From: Okamejei kenojei
Taxonomy: Eukaryota
DNA: 64,000 nucleotides
Direction: 5' to 3'
Assembly (NCBI GenBank): GCA_035221665.1
Contig: CM069139.1
Span: forward strand, 55,862,001 to 55,926,000
Of the stretch, positions 1 through 12,699 are shown in pieces. Each line of letters opens with the position of its first letter. The first letter of the stretch is position 1. A program made the position numbers and the translations under genes. A model generated the notes under the pieces. That model made no database searches. It saw only the letters and a list, made by a program, of their open reading frames with translations, and had not been told where the DNA came from.

Positions 1-776
1 GGTGCAGCAGGCAGTGAAAAAAGCGAATGGTATGTTAGCTTTCATAGCAAAAGGATTTGAGTACAGGAGCAGGGAGGTTCTACTTCAGTTGTACAGGGTC
101 TTGGTGAGACCACACCTGGAGTATTGCGTACAGTTTTGGTCTCCAAATCTGAGGAAGGACATTATTGCCATAGAGGGAGTGCAGAGAAGGTTCACCAGAC
201 TGATTCCTGGGATGTCAGGACTGTCTTATGAAGAAAGACTGGATAGACTCGGTTTATACTCTCTGGAATTTAGGAGATTGAGAGGGGATCTTATAGAAAC
301 TTACAAAATTCTTAAGGGGTTGGACAGGCTAGATGCAGGAAGATTGTTCCCGATGTTGGGGGAGTCCAGGACAAGGGGTCACAGCTTAAGGATAAGGGGG
401 AAATCCTTTAAGACCGAGATGAGAAAGACTTTTTTCACACACAGAGTGGTGAGTCTCTGGAACTCTCTGCCACAGAGGGTAGTTGAGGCCAGTTCATTGG
501 CTATATTTAAGAGTGAGTTGGATGTGGCCCTTGTGGCTAAGGGGATCAGAGGGTATGGAGAGAAGGCAGGTACGGGATACTGAGTTGAGTCTGAAGAAGG
601 GTCTCGGCCCGAACGTCGCCTATCTCCTTCGCTCCTTAGATGCTGCTGCACCCGCTGAGTTTCTCCAGCTTTTTGTGTACCCTACTGAGTTGGATGATCA
701 GCCATGATCATATTGAATGGCGGTGCAGGCTCGAAGGGCTGAATGGCCTACTCCTGCACCTAATTTCTATGTTTAT
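1..776 (+). mobile_element. CR1-type LINE 3' end (ORF2 C-terminus and 3' UTR)
   Basis: ORF 2-583 has CR1 ORF2 C-terminal motifs (LVRPHLEYCVQFWSP, RRLRGDLIETYKI, TRGHSLRI, LWNSLP); 3' UTR ends in GGCCTACTCCTGCACC...TTCTATGT. Confidence 0.93.
588..682 (+). mobile_element. Short Penelope-derived terminal-repeat element with a degenerate hammerhead core
   Basis: CTGAAGAAGGGTCTCGGCCCGAACGTC; matches the 3' tails of the Penelope copies; 10-bp target-site duplication (TSD) TACTGAGTTG at 578-587 and 683-692. Confidence 0.85.
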
Positions 777-1471
777 TGAACTTAAGATTTGTTTGCACTA
801 TTTCAAATTTCAACACTATTTTACACCATTCTGCTGTTTTCATTTGTCGTTATATCTATCATTATCATGTATCCGTTTACTCTGAATCTGAATCTATACC
901 CCAGTGCCATTGTCCAGCAATATGCCTCGATGTTTACCGGTCCTTCCAGGGAGAATGCGGGTCGATAAATCTTTCGCTATTCGCTCCACGCAGTTGTAAT
1001 GATTAAATTAATGCAAGCGCTTACAGAAATTGAGCGCTGCACTGCAACGTCCCACAACCAGTGATCGAAATGAATGATAAGGTGGTGTTTGACGGATTAA
1101 CATTGCGGCGAGGATGAGAGCACTCCCCACTCTCCTTTGATTTATTGGGCAGATTAAAAAAGCAGACTGATATGATTATCGCCAAAGGCAGCTTCCCAAA
1201 TAGCTCCCCTTTCCCCTTTCCCCACTGCCCGGCTGCCGACTGCTTCGATGAATCTTCCATTAACACCTAACTAATAGTAATTCAGGTGCCTGAAGGTCCC
1301 AACCAGAAACATCACCTTTCCATGTTCTCCAGAGACTCTGCCTGACAATACTGAGTTACTCCAGCACCAAAGGACACAAACTACTGCATGACTCAGCGGG
1401 TATCTGGTGTCTACGAGTTACTCCAACACTGTGTGTCTTTTAAAAAACTAATTGTAAACATTCCTTTACCA

Positions 1472-2830
1472 GTGGGCGTGACGATGGGGGGCGTGGTTTA
1501 CGGGGACGTGACGCTGGGGGCGTGGTTAACGGGGGCGTGACGCTGGGGGCGTGGTTAACAGGGGCGTGACACTGGGGTGTGGTTAACGGGGGTGTGGTTA
1601 ACGGGGGCGTGACGCTGGGGGCGTGGTTAACGGGGACGTGACGCTGGGGGGCGTGGTTAACGGGGGCGTGACGTTGGGGGACGTGTGCACGGGGGCGTGA
1701 CGATGGGGGGCGTGGTACACGGGGGCGTGGTTAACGGGGGCGTGACGCTAGGGGCGTGGTTAACGGGGACGTGACGCTGGGGGCGTGGTTAACGGGGGCG
1801 TTACGCTGGGGGGCGTGGTGCACGGGGGCGTGACGATGGGGGGCGTGGTGCACGGGGGCGTGGTTAACGGGGGCGTGACGCTGGGGGGCGTGGAGCAATG
1901 GGGCGTGGCGCTGTGGGCGTGACGCGTGGGGGCGTGGCGCAAGGAGTATTTGCAGGGGGCGTGGCGTAGGGGCGTGGGCTGGGTGCGTGACGCTGGAGGG
2001 CGTGACGAAGGGGCGCGGGGTAGGGGTGTGTGGCGCAGGGGGCGTGGACTGGGGGCGTGACGCAGGAGGGTGTGACGCAGGGTGGGCGTGTCGTAGGGGG
2101 GCGTGACGCAAGGGGAGTGGCGCAGAGGGGCGTGACGCAGGGGGCGTGACGCAAAGGGGCGTGACGCAGGGGGAGTGGCGCAGAGGGGCGTGACGCAGAA
2201 TGGTGTGTCGCAAGAGGGCGTGGCGCAGTGGGAGTGGCGCAGAGGGGCGTGACGCAGAAGGGTGTGTCGCAAGAGGGCGTGACACAAGAGGGCGTGACGC
2301 AGGGAGGCGTGACGCAGGGGGTGTGGCGCAGAGGGGCGTGACGCAGGGGGGCGTGACGCAGGGGGAGTGGCGCAGGGGGAGTGGCGCAGAGGGGCGTGAC
2401 GCAGAAGGGTGTGTCGCAAGGGCGTGTCGCAAGAGGGCGTGACGCAGGGAGGCGTGACGCAGGAGGGTGTGTCGCAAGAGGGTGTGTCGCAAGAGGGCGT
2501 GACACAAGAGGGCGTGACGCAGGGAGGCGTGACGCAGGGGGTGTGGCGCAGAGGGGCGTGACGCAGGGGGAGTGGCGCAGGGGGAGTGGCGCAGAGGGGC
2601 GTGACGCAGAAGGGTGTGTCGCAAGGGCGTGTCGCAAGAGGGCGTGACGCAGGGAGGCGTGACGCAGGAGGGTGTGTCGCATGAGGGCGTGACACAAGAG
2701 GCGTGGGTTTGGGGGAGTGGCGTAGGGGGGCGTGACGCAGGAGGGTGTGTCGCAAGAGGGCGTGACACAAGAGGCGTGGGTTTGGGGGAGTGGCGTAGGG
2801 GGGCGTGATGCAGGGGGCGGGGGCGTGGCG
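1472..2830. repeat. GC-rich minisatellite of GGGGCGTGACG / GGGGCGTGG units with two sub-arrays
   Basis: Visible tandem units, e.g. GGGGCGTGACGCTGGGGGCGTGGTTAAC in the first part and GGGCGTGACGCAG / GTGTCGCAAGAG in the second. Confidence 0.95.
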
Positions 2831-3398
2831 CATGCGCGGGGAGGTAGCGAGCGTGGCTCTGGCGGTGCTGTCGCTCGGAGACCACCGGCCCCTGGCAGCT
2901 TCGCCCCGCAGCCCGCAGAGCAGAGAGCCAGCCCGGCCTCTGGATACGGACTGCTCGAGTGAGCACAGAACTGTTTACGGTTAAGTTTCTTCTTGCACAC
3001 CAGCCTGCCGGTAGGTTGGAGGGGATGGTGGTGAGTGAGTGAGTGAGGGGAGGGGAGGGAGGTGGTGGGGGCGGAGGGGAGGGGAAGGGAGTGGGAGAGG
3101 GCAGATGTGAAGTAGTGGGGAGAGGGTGGGAAGGGTATATGTGCGGGAAGATGGGTGGGCGGAGGGGTGGGTTAAGGTGGGTGGGTGAAGGCGTGGCGAG
3201 AGAGGTGGATGGGTTCGGGCTTGGAGAGAGGGGTGTGTGTGCAGGAAGATGGGTGGGCAGAGGTGGGTGTGTGCATGAAGGTGGTGATTGACTGTAAGCT
3301 GCGGCTGCAGTTTCTGATCACTTGCCGTTGGAGACTGGGGCAGCAAAGCAAAAGTCAACGGGAGCAGAACTTGGGGAAAGGAGAGGCGTTTGGTAAGT
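2820..3398 (+). promoter_or_regulatory. Candidate CpG-rich promoter and non-coding first exon(s), probably of STXBP6
   Basis: GC box GGGGCGGGG and NRF1-type GCGCATGCGC (2828-2837), followed by non-repetitive CpG-rich sequence; donor-like sites ACG|GTTAAG near 2980 and TTG|GTAAGT near 3393. The link to STXBP6 is inference. Confidence 0.45.
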
Positions 3399-5039
3399 CA
3401 GAAATCCTGCAAATTGCCCTGAACTTCTTTGAAAGACACGGATTAGAAATACAATCTTGCTCGGTGGCGGAACTGGTTTTTTTCTCGTCTGCCTGTTAAC
3501 AACAACATTTAGTCAGAGTCAAGACCGCTCAAACCCTCCCAGGAACGATGCAACACTTTCGAGACCGAAGGGGGGGGGGGGGGGGCAAAGTCAGCCGTGT
3601 TCAGGAAAGTGTGAAAAAAATAGTTCAGAGTGGATTTATAAACTCACCGGAAAAGTGTTGCGGAAATCAGTTTTCAGTTGAATGTTCGAGTCTGCTGGAA
3701 TAGTCGCGGAACCTGGTGCGTAGTGATTACTTTGAGTTTTCTAGTGACTGGTTGAAGGCTTTTTTTGCTAATCGTCAGTTCAAGACCATTGCAATTCTAA
3801 TTAATGAGCCTGTCAGCTGCATGCCTTGCATTCCTCTTCACAAGGCACCGTGATCAGAAATACAGCGGCGATTGTTAGTTTCCCAGTCTAATTGCAGCCT
3901 CTCACTTCAAACGAAAGCTCCTGTGTGTGTATGATCTGTCAAATTGCTCAATTTCCCTGCCGTTTAAAAAAAAAATCGGTTGCATGCATTAAACATCACT
4001 ATGTAATCTTATAAATCTTTACAATTTAAAAATCGAGTTATACTCATTAAAATGACAGTGCGAATGCTACAGATTCGGCATCCTGTGGATGTTCTAATTT
4101 CCCGTGTTATTCATTCCACTTTTGGATAATCAAATTAAGGGAATGGATCTGTCTCCCTTGAGTATGGAATATGATTTGGAGTATCTCATCAAATGTGACA
4201 AAATATCAATGGGCTATTGTTTTGTTTTTATCCCTTTTCCCAAAATACATGGGGTTATGAGTGCAGTATCCCAAGTGGGATAAGCAACATGAAAAATCAA
4301 GGAAAAATCCATCGACTGCTAAATCTGTAGTACTGACTGTGTCACTGTAAAAATGTAGTGCAACCAAATCATTAAACTGCATTAAGATTAACATGTTTGT
4401 GCAGTGATGTGATTGTGCACTCAATATTTTTTTTGTAAAATCAGGAAGGATAGTGTGCAATTTGATAAGTCAGGTGGCGGAATGGGTGCTGCCTTTTCTA
4501 AAATATTCTCAGGGTGATCACCACTTAGCTGACAAATGACACAAATGACACAACCCTTAGCTGACAAATGACTGCTTACCTGAACAACCTTCAGGCAGCT
4601 GGCTATCCAAAATAGAAATGCAGTGAAAAATACATTTACATTGATTCTAGCAGGTATTCACATATACTTCTCAAAGATTTACAAATTAATAATTTTTCTT
4701 TCGTATGTTTAGTATTTACCTATTTCACGGCAGTATAACAGTTTTTAATCGTCTAGACATAAAATAATAATTGTTTTTACACTGACTTCTTGTTTCGATA
4801 GCAAGGAAGCTGACTTGTTTTATAGTTTCAATTATCTGATTGTGATTTTAATTTGTTTTGAGTTTGACAATTGATCATGCAGGCAGGAAGCATTTTAATG
4901 ATTGTTAACTTGGTTTCAAGTTGTACATGCAGTTTAAGGTAAAAAATCAAAATGGTTGCAGGAACTTGGGATTGGGAGGAGGGGAGCTTGAAGGGGAAGG
5001 AATTATCATTTCGGATCAAGACCCTCAATTACACAAATA

Positions 5040-5222
5040 CAGCACCTTGACTTTACTTTGAAGATACAGCGCAGAAACAGGCCCTTCAGAGCCAAAGGAA
5101 ACCAGAACACTGAGAAAACCTGCATGATCACAAGGAGAACGTACAAACTCCATATAGACAGCACCCGTAGTCAGAATCGAACCAGACTCTTTAACACTGT
5201 AAGGCAACAACACTACTGCTGA
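5040..5222 (-). mobile_element. SINE fragment (same family as 55376-55665)
   Basis: AGATACAGCGCAGAAACAGGCCCTTC... tail and ...CTGTAAGGCAACAAC head shared with the other copies. Confidence 0.6.
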
Positions 5223-8199
5223 TAGAACGAGCCAAGTTCTTTGCGTGTCAACAGCGTCTCGTTGAAACTGTTGAACAATTTATCTGTGATTTAAAATATA
5301 TGGCTCAGCGTTGACGCTTCGGCAATATGTCTAACGAGTTAATACGTGACAAACTCGTCCGTGGCATGACTGATCAAAAGCTAAAGACTGAGCTGCTGCG
5401 GAATGCTGACCTAACCCTGGAACAAGCTGTGCATGCCTGCCGCACGCCCGAGATCGTGGCCCCACTGGGCGACCAGTCTGATTCTCAGAAAAAGAGTATA
5501 AATCTGACAGGCTTCAATAAACGAGCTCTGAGCTCTGCATTAACCGAAGAGACCTAAACACTGCCATCAAGCGACCACATTATCCCATGAGAACTGTCGA
5601 AGACGTTGCCCAAATCGGTCAAGCAACACTGTTTTCTGCACTAGACGCAAAAAGCTTGTTCTGGCAGATACCTCTGCATGACACGTCCTCGAACCTCACC
5701 ACGTTTTGCACACCATTTGGCAGATTCAAATTTCTCAGAATGCCATTTGGTATCAATTCGGCCAGCGAAGTTTTTCAGTAAACCATGGAACAGCAGTTCA
5801 CAGGCTTCCCATGTACCATCATCGTAGATGACATCCTGGTTTATGGCAAAGACATTGCGGAGCACGACCACAACCTTAAGCAGATTCTAGACAGGGCACG
5901 CGAGATTAACTTGAAGTTCAACCCCAAGAAGTGCAAGTTCCGCGTCACGGAGGTCACCTATGATGGACATGTATTCACTAGCAATGGTCTGAAGCCAGAT
6001 CCGAAGAAAACTGCAGCCATCCGGGAAATGCCTGCTCCTGCCGAAGTCCACATCCTACAACGATTTCTGGGTATGGTGAACTATCTGGGAAAGTTCATAC
6101 CCAACCGCAGCGCGCTCAGCTCACCACTGAGACAGTTCACCCGCAAGAACACTGAATGGACCTGGTACCAGCAGCACCAAAAGGCGTTCAACCCTTTAAA
6201 ACTACAGCTGGCCAGCACTCCTACATTGACATACTTCGACCTGAAGCGACCTGTCACAGTAACCTGCGATGCCTCACAATACGGGCTGGGCGCAGCCTGC
6301 CTTCAGACATCTGCCGACGGCATTATACTACCGGTATCATGCGCCTCTCGCGCCATGACGGACACCGAACAACGCTATGCCCATATCGAGAAGGAGCTAC
6401 TAGCCGTGGTCTTCGCATGCTCCAAGTTTAAAGACTTCATCCATGGGAACACTTTCACGGTTGAAACCGACCACCAACCTCTCGTAACCATCCTGAACAA
6501 ACCCATCCGCACGGCACCTGCACGTTTGCAGCGTATGATGATGCAGCTCCAGCGGTTCGACTTCAGAATAGTTTACAAAAAAGGAAAGGACATGCTCGTT
6601 GCCGACACTCTCTCTCGTGCACCACGTGCATCCAGTGAACGACATCCATATGAGTGTGATGAGCTCACTGTTCTTAAGGTTGACTTCGGTCCCACGGAAC
6701 GCCTGCGTCGCTTGGCTGCTCACACAGCCGCTGACGGGACTCTACAGCTGCTTTCATCCATCGTTAAAAAAGGCTGGCCTGAAAGACAATCCAGCACCCC
6801 ACTGGAGGTACAGCCATTCTTCCTTGTCCGCGATGAGTTAGTAATACAAGGGCCATCATCGTCAAGGGCCACAAAGTCGTGATCCCATCATCCTTACGAG
6901 ACAAATACTACAAAGAGGTACACAACGGTCACCCAGGCACCGAAGCCACACTTGCTCATTCACAGAGCATGTTCTACTGGCTGGGGATGTCTACATACGT
7001 GACAGAACAGCATCCTGCCCACTGCAACAGCTAGACACCTCACCAACAGAAACAGCCTTTATTACAACAACCTCCTCCAGCACTACCTTGGACATCCGTT
7101 GCAGTGGACCTTTTCGAATGGCACGGCACACACTACTTAGTCCTAGTAGACTCATACTCCAACAGGAGTGCAAAACAACTGATGGAACTTTCTCATCTTG
7201 CCAAGTCTGATGTCTACCTCGAACTCCTTAATTTGAGAAACATTTCCAGGGACGGGATCCTGGGCTCTCCTGCTCAACGGCTGATGTCTCGTGCAACACG
7301 GCCTCCACTGCCCGTTGCCCAGCAACAGCTGAAGCCTCAAGTGTTTAAACCAGCGACGGTCCAGAAGCGCATTCAGAAGAGACACGATATTCAGAAGCGC
7401 TCATACGACAATCCAGCAGACCACTAAAGCCGCTGATACAGGCTCAAGTGGTCCGTTTTCAGATTGCTGTGGGACATTCCCATTTGGGACATGAGAATTA
7501 AGGGACAGAAGTTTCGGGGTAACGTGACCTTTATTAATCAGGAACCGATTTTAACTGTAAAGTGGATAGGTATATGGACCTACCTTGTCAACGCCGATGA
7601 TGTCCTGTATCGGCGCAGCCGTCAACATCTCCTGCTTGTGAAAGAACCTCGACCAGCTCCCACCGGCCCATATGCACCGCCTTTGCTGTTTAAACCTTCT
7701 GCTGCCCCTGCTCTCCCCGGTCCCAGCATGCCACCTCCGCCTCGGTCGATTACTCCGTCCACCCAGATTAACACTCCTGCATGCCCACCGGTCTCCGCAT
7801 GTATCGCCGACCGCCGTACCCCTTCCTGGTTCCCTGCCTGCCAGCCCCGCTAACTTTCTGATGTGGAGGGAGAGGGGTTTGTCCGTACGCATTCGGGTCG
7901 CATCAATAGACCACCTGACAGGTTTGGCGAGTATGTTTAACCGTATGCGTTTAACATATGTTCAGCAACCTTTCTCTTTACGGAGAAGGATGTAGATTGG
8001 TTATTGCATGTGAACCCATCAGAATAGTGTAGCACCACTAACTCCACCTCACTATACACTTTATATTAACACCCATTTCCTATGTTACGTTAGTTATACC
8101 AGCGGTTACAATGAACTAACAACCTGCTGTACTGTTCTATTACACCTTATGATTAAAGATGATTTAAGATCCAGACCTGTGCCTGTAAGATCATTTACA
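5223..8199 (+). mobile_element. Decayed, 5'-truncated Ty3/Gypsy LTR retrotransposon
   Basis: gag fragment (LIRDKLVRG...LTLEQAV), RT (LDAKSLFWQIPL, RMPFGI, IVDDILVYG), RNase H (CDASQYGLGA, EKELLAVVFA, TDHQPL) and integrase remnants (HNGHPG, VDLFEW, LVDSYS); stops and deletions present. Confidence 0.92.
7991..8199 (+). repeat. 3' LTR of the Gypsy element
   Basis: Purine tract GGAGAAGGA directly before TGTA...TACA termini; internal ATTAAA. Confidence 0.7.
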
Positions 8200-9022
8200 G
8201 TTTATTTGTCTACATTCATTTTCACCTACATTTGAAACTTGCTGATGTATGGAAACTTTTAATAAGTATATTGTATGATCATTTCAATATGCTATTGTGC
8301 CTGGTATGCATCATCACTTAGTTTAATAAGAGTAGTACAGTTGGCCATTTGTATTTAACATGCATCTTCTTCTGTTCAGCATGTAGAGATTTCTTGTGGG
8401 CAAACCTAGTGTGTTTGCATTTGACATAGTTCTTTGCATGAAGTCCACAGTGGAATGCTTGAATTTGAGGGAAAATTATGAAAAATGTTGATTGATTAGG
8501 TTATAATACTTTTCTCAATTTTATAATTTAGAAACTGATACCTTCCTGTACATTATTTTCCGAATAGCGTTTTGAATAACAAATTGGAGAGTGGCCACGT
8601 GTAAATTTGTTTAATATCAAAACAATAATAGATCTATTTAATGTCTTCAGTTTTGTAATGGGGTTTCAAAGAGCTTCTGAGAGATTGTTTTTGGCTGTTT
8701 TGTCAGGTTAAAGCCTCGTTCGAAGAAACAAAAATGGAAGCTACTGGTAGTTTGTTTCATTTTGAAGAACGCAAGGGGGTGATTTCAAAAGCATGTCATT
8801 ATTTACATATGAATGGTGGGACTAAAACCAAAATATTGTGCAAGATAAATCTTTAGCTTCAACATTGTATGTTTACATAGTCTGTTTCTATTTGGAAAAA
8901 CAGCTTTAGTTTCTTTTCTTAGCCTCCCAGGATTCGCTGCCATACATTCCTTTGGTGTATGATGTTTAAAATTATTATGTATGATTTTCCTTGAATTCTG
9001 TTTGACGCTTTAAAGTATAATA

Positions 9023-9444
9023 CTAGGCTAAGTGGGACCCGTTGGGTCCCAGCCACACAGGAGGCCTGGTCCCCCCAATGCAACCCATTCCCCAAATTCA
9101 ATATTCCACCACTCACATGTTCCCCCAAAGCAATATTCCACCACCCGGGAGGGGGCGTGTGGGGGTGTGGGCGTGTGGGGGAGGGGGTGTGGGGGGCAGT
9201 GGGGAGGAGTGTGTGGGGAGGGGGGGTTCGGGTGGGGGGTTGTGGGGAAGGGGGGGTTGGGGGAATGGGTAGGGGGGTTGGGGAAGGGGGTTGGGGAGTG
9301 AAAGGGAGGCACCTGGGCCTCATGCAGCAGGGGATTCACTCAGGGTTTCGGGGTGGGGGAGTGGTCGAAGCAGACTCAGCTCTCACTATGCTCACCCCGC
9401 ACCTGGAAGTGGTCAAGTTGAGAGTTTCAGTAATAGAATAGAGA
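9023..9444 (-). mobile_element. Non-autonomous Helitron
   Basis: On the - strand: 5' TC terminus, subterminal hairpin GGGACCC-nnn-GGGTCCC, 3' CTAG terminus; sits between A and T with no TSD. Confidence 0.8.
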
Positions 9445-11437
9445 TGTTGCAAATAATTTTCAGTAATTGTATTGTTCCTTTACTGTTGAAAAGTTAATTT
9501 ATTTCTGTTATTAGTGCCCATTTTATGGATCGGAAAGATTGAGAGGGATATGGACAAATGTGCACATGTGGCACTAGTGTAGATGGGACCCTTGGGATTG
9601 ACATGGGCAATGTGGGCCGAAGGGTCTGGTTTCATGATGTAAGACTCTATACCTCTAAGTGCTTTAAGGACTGTTTTTTACCAAGGCTGGTCATATCGTA
9701 CAGCAGCAGATCTTCATGCAGCAAACCTCCACGGACACTCTAATTATGGCCAGATAGTCAGTTTCATTGATGTTGATAGGGGGATAACTCCATTCCTCTA
9801 TTTTGAAAATATGCTGTGGGCAACTTAACATTTACGTGAGAGACCAGAAGGGGCTATGGTTTAACGTCTTGTTTGAAACACACCATTTCCAACTGTGCAG
9901 TAAAATCCCAGTAATCTGGAAATGCTGAAGGTCGGGCATCTGGAATGTGAACTGTGGGTTCATTGCAAGCAGGATGTACAGTTGGTGATCTGGAGTGGCA
10001 GCTGAGCATTGGGCAATGGGCTGTGTTCAGGAACATGGACAATCTGGAAAAATCTGAGTTCTATTCTATCCAAGCCCCAGGAGTGCTAGGATTATTGGAG
10101 TGTTACTGTATTTACAAAATGGGGATTGGTCCTTGCGACCCAGAGTCCTAGGCCGGTGCCTCTGCACTAGCGGTGCCTCCTCTCATGCCTTTTCATCAAC
10201 TCATCAATGAAATGTCTTCCTTTCCTTTCTCCCTCTCCTTTATCCCTTGACTATCTCTTCATCCAGCTTTGCTTTAATGACATCTGTGATAATCAGCTCA
10301 GTTACTTTTTGATAGTGAGCTTCCCCTAATCATCCTCCTCTCACCCTATGAGTAAGATCTGAATTTATAATTACATTTGTTTGTGACTGTTTTGCATTTA
10401 AGGCCCTTGTTCCAGTTTTTCCTGCTAATATGAATATCTTCTCTGGCTGTACTCCACAAAGCTCTTCATCTTAAGCACAAACCTCTATCAGATAAACCCT
10501 CAGTCTTTTATTTAATGAGAAGAGCCTGACTCACTGACATATTGTTTGGCCTTTCTGGGTAGATATAGTATGCCAGTTCGGGTGTCATCTTCGTGGATTA
10601 TTATTGTGCCTTCAGTGCTTCCTATGTTGTCTTTTTAACATGTTTGTCAGGACTGTTTATGGGGGAATTATTTCTGCGCCCATAAGTGGGCATGTTGGGC
10701 CAAATTGCTCCCACCAATGCTGCAAATTTCTCTGAAAATGATTTTGGTTTTTGTGTACCTGATAGATTTTGAGAAGGTCTGAAAGATTTTTAACACATAT
10801 GGGTAGACAGAATTAAGATACAGAACAGCCATGATCTAATTGAATTATGGACCCGATTCAAATGGCCATGTGGCTGGCTTCTGTTCTGGTGTTCTGAAAT
10901 AGGCACACAACTGGAGAGTCAGTCTCTGCCAAGTCTCTCAATCCACAAACTTTTGGCTTGTTTAGGATGCTTTCACTGAAACTGCACAATTGAACTTGGA
11001 GTAGGATAAACTTGATAGATTGGTATATTTGACATTTTGTTTGTTTTTACCCTTTTGAACACTTGAAACAGTAATCCCCATCGGATTCTGTACAGCAGCA
11101 CACGGTCCTGCTTGTTTTTTTCCAGTAGCTGCATTATTCAGTAGAATTAATGTACACACATCATTAATACAAAATAGGTTTGAGTCTTTCACTAACAAGA
11201 AAGAAATTCAAGTTCAAGTTCACATTTATTGCCACATGCACAATTGCGGTACAGCGGAATTTAACTTACCATGCAGCCATACAAACAAAGGAGAACAATA
11301 CACAATAGAATATAACATGAACATTCACCACAGTGGAATTCTTCACTGTGGTGGAAGGCAATAAATTTGTCAGTCCTCCTCCGTTGTTCATCCGTGGTCG
11401 GGGTTGTGGTCACTAATAACAGAAAGAAGATTTACTA

Positions 11438-11660
11438 GGGTAGACAAAAATGCTGGAGAAACTCAGTGGGTGCAGCAGCATCTATGGAGCAAAGGAAATA
11501 GGCAATGTTTCGGGCCAAAACCCTTTCTCAGGCTGAAAAGGGGTTTCGGTCCGAAACGTTGCCTATTTCCTTCGCTCCATAGATGCTGCTGCACCCACTG
11601 AGTTTCTCCAGCATTTTTGTCTACCTTTGATTTTCCAGCATCTGCAGTTCCTTCTTAAAC
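11438..11660. mobile_element. Penelope-derived element with about 95-bp inverted arms, each carrying a hammerhead-like core
   Basis: GGTAGACAAAAATGCTGGAGAAACTCAGTGGG... mirrored by ...CCCACTGAGTTTCTCCAGCATTTTTGTCTACC; 14-bp TSD AAGAAGATTTACTA at 11424-11437 and 11661-11674. Confidence 0.88.
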
Positions 11661-12699
11661 AAGAAGATTTACTATCTGTTTTGTTGACGGTGGCTTTATG
11701 CTTGGAATTGAAATAAAAGTCTCAGTATAATGAGCTGGTAACCAGAGGAATTTTGGAGGCATTAACACTGCAGGATTTTATTTATTGCAGCAGAACCCGT
11801 CTCTGTGTGCATGTGTAGTATTTATGATTGGACCACAGCAGTCAGATTTTAGTCAAGATTCTTGAAATGCATTCACCCTAATCTTCAGGCGAGAGTTTTG
11901 TGGTCTGCTGTATGTATGTCTGGTGAATGAGGAAATCCAGTGGGAGCTGTTTATAGTGCTTCTAGTTTGGAGCGACTTGCATTTTTGTCATTCTTTCGTT
12001 TCAACGGGTTCTTGGATTACAACAGGGATTTGAATGTTGTCTGTTTTCTTTCGTAAGTATGGAAATATGTAAATAAATATGGTTTCTTCTTTGCCAGGTA
12101 TTAGGGAATGGTAGTTCACTGTAATTGAGGCTAGTAATTTTAAACTCAATTTATTTTTGTTACAGATATTTTTCAGTCTCTGGTTGTTTGCTGCACTTAC
12201 GCCTATTGCTCCGAGAAAATTGACAACTATGCTTTCATTGTGATAGGCAACTGAATGGAAATATTAAACTCATGGGGCACACAGTCTTCTTTCACATCTA
12301 ACCCCATCAAAGAGGAGAACCCACCTTCAGAGCTCAATTGCATTGTCTATGACTCGAGTGGCCGAAACCCTTTAAATGTTAATGCTCCTAAGGTTGATAA
12401 TTCTTTATGTTAATTTTGGTACTTTTTTTTTCTCCCCTTCCTTGACCCAGCCTCCATAATAGTACTTTGTTCCTGCTATGCGTAATGAAAATGAGTAGGA
12501 ATGCAACTTTTACAGATACAAGTGAATTGCATTAACAAGGATCTGTTGTTGAATGCAGCCGTGTGTGGAATTGCTTTGTTCTTTTAACTGCTATTTATAA
12601 ATGTGCAAATAAGAAAGACTTTGATACTTTACTGGCAGTAGTGGATTTCATCAACCATGCCTGCCTTGGCTATGGATACTGGTGCATGTTTTATCGGGT

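Noticed and set aside
1731-3000. ORFs of 357-411 aa in three minus-strand frames
   Set aside because: They are translations of a stop-poor GC minisatellite with no domain signal.
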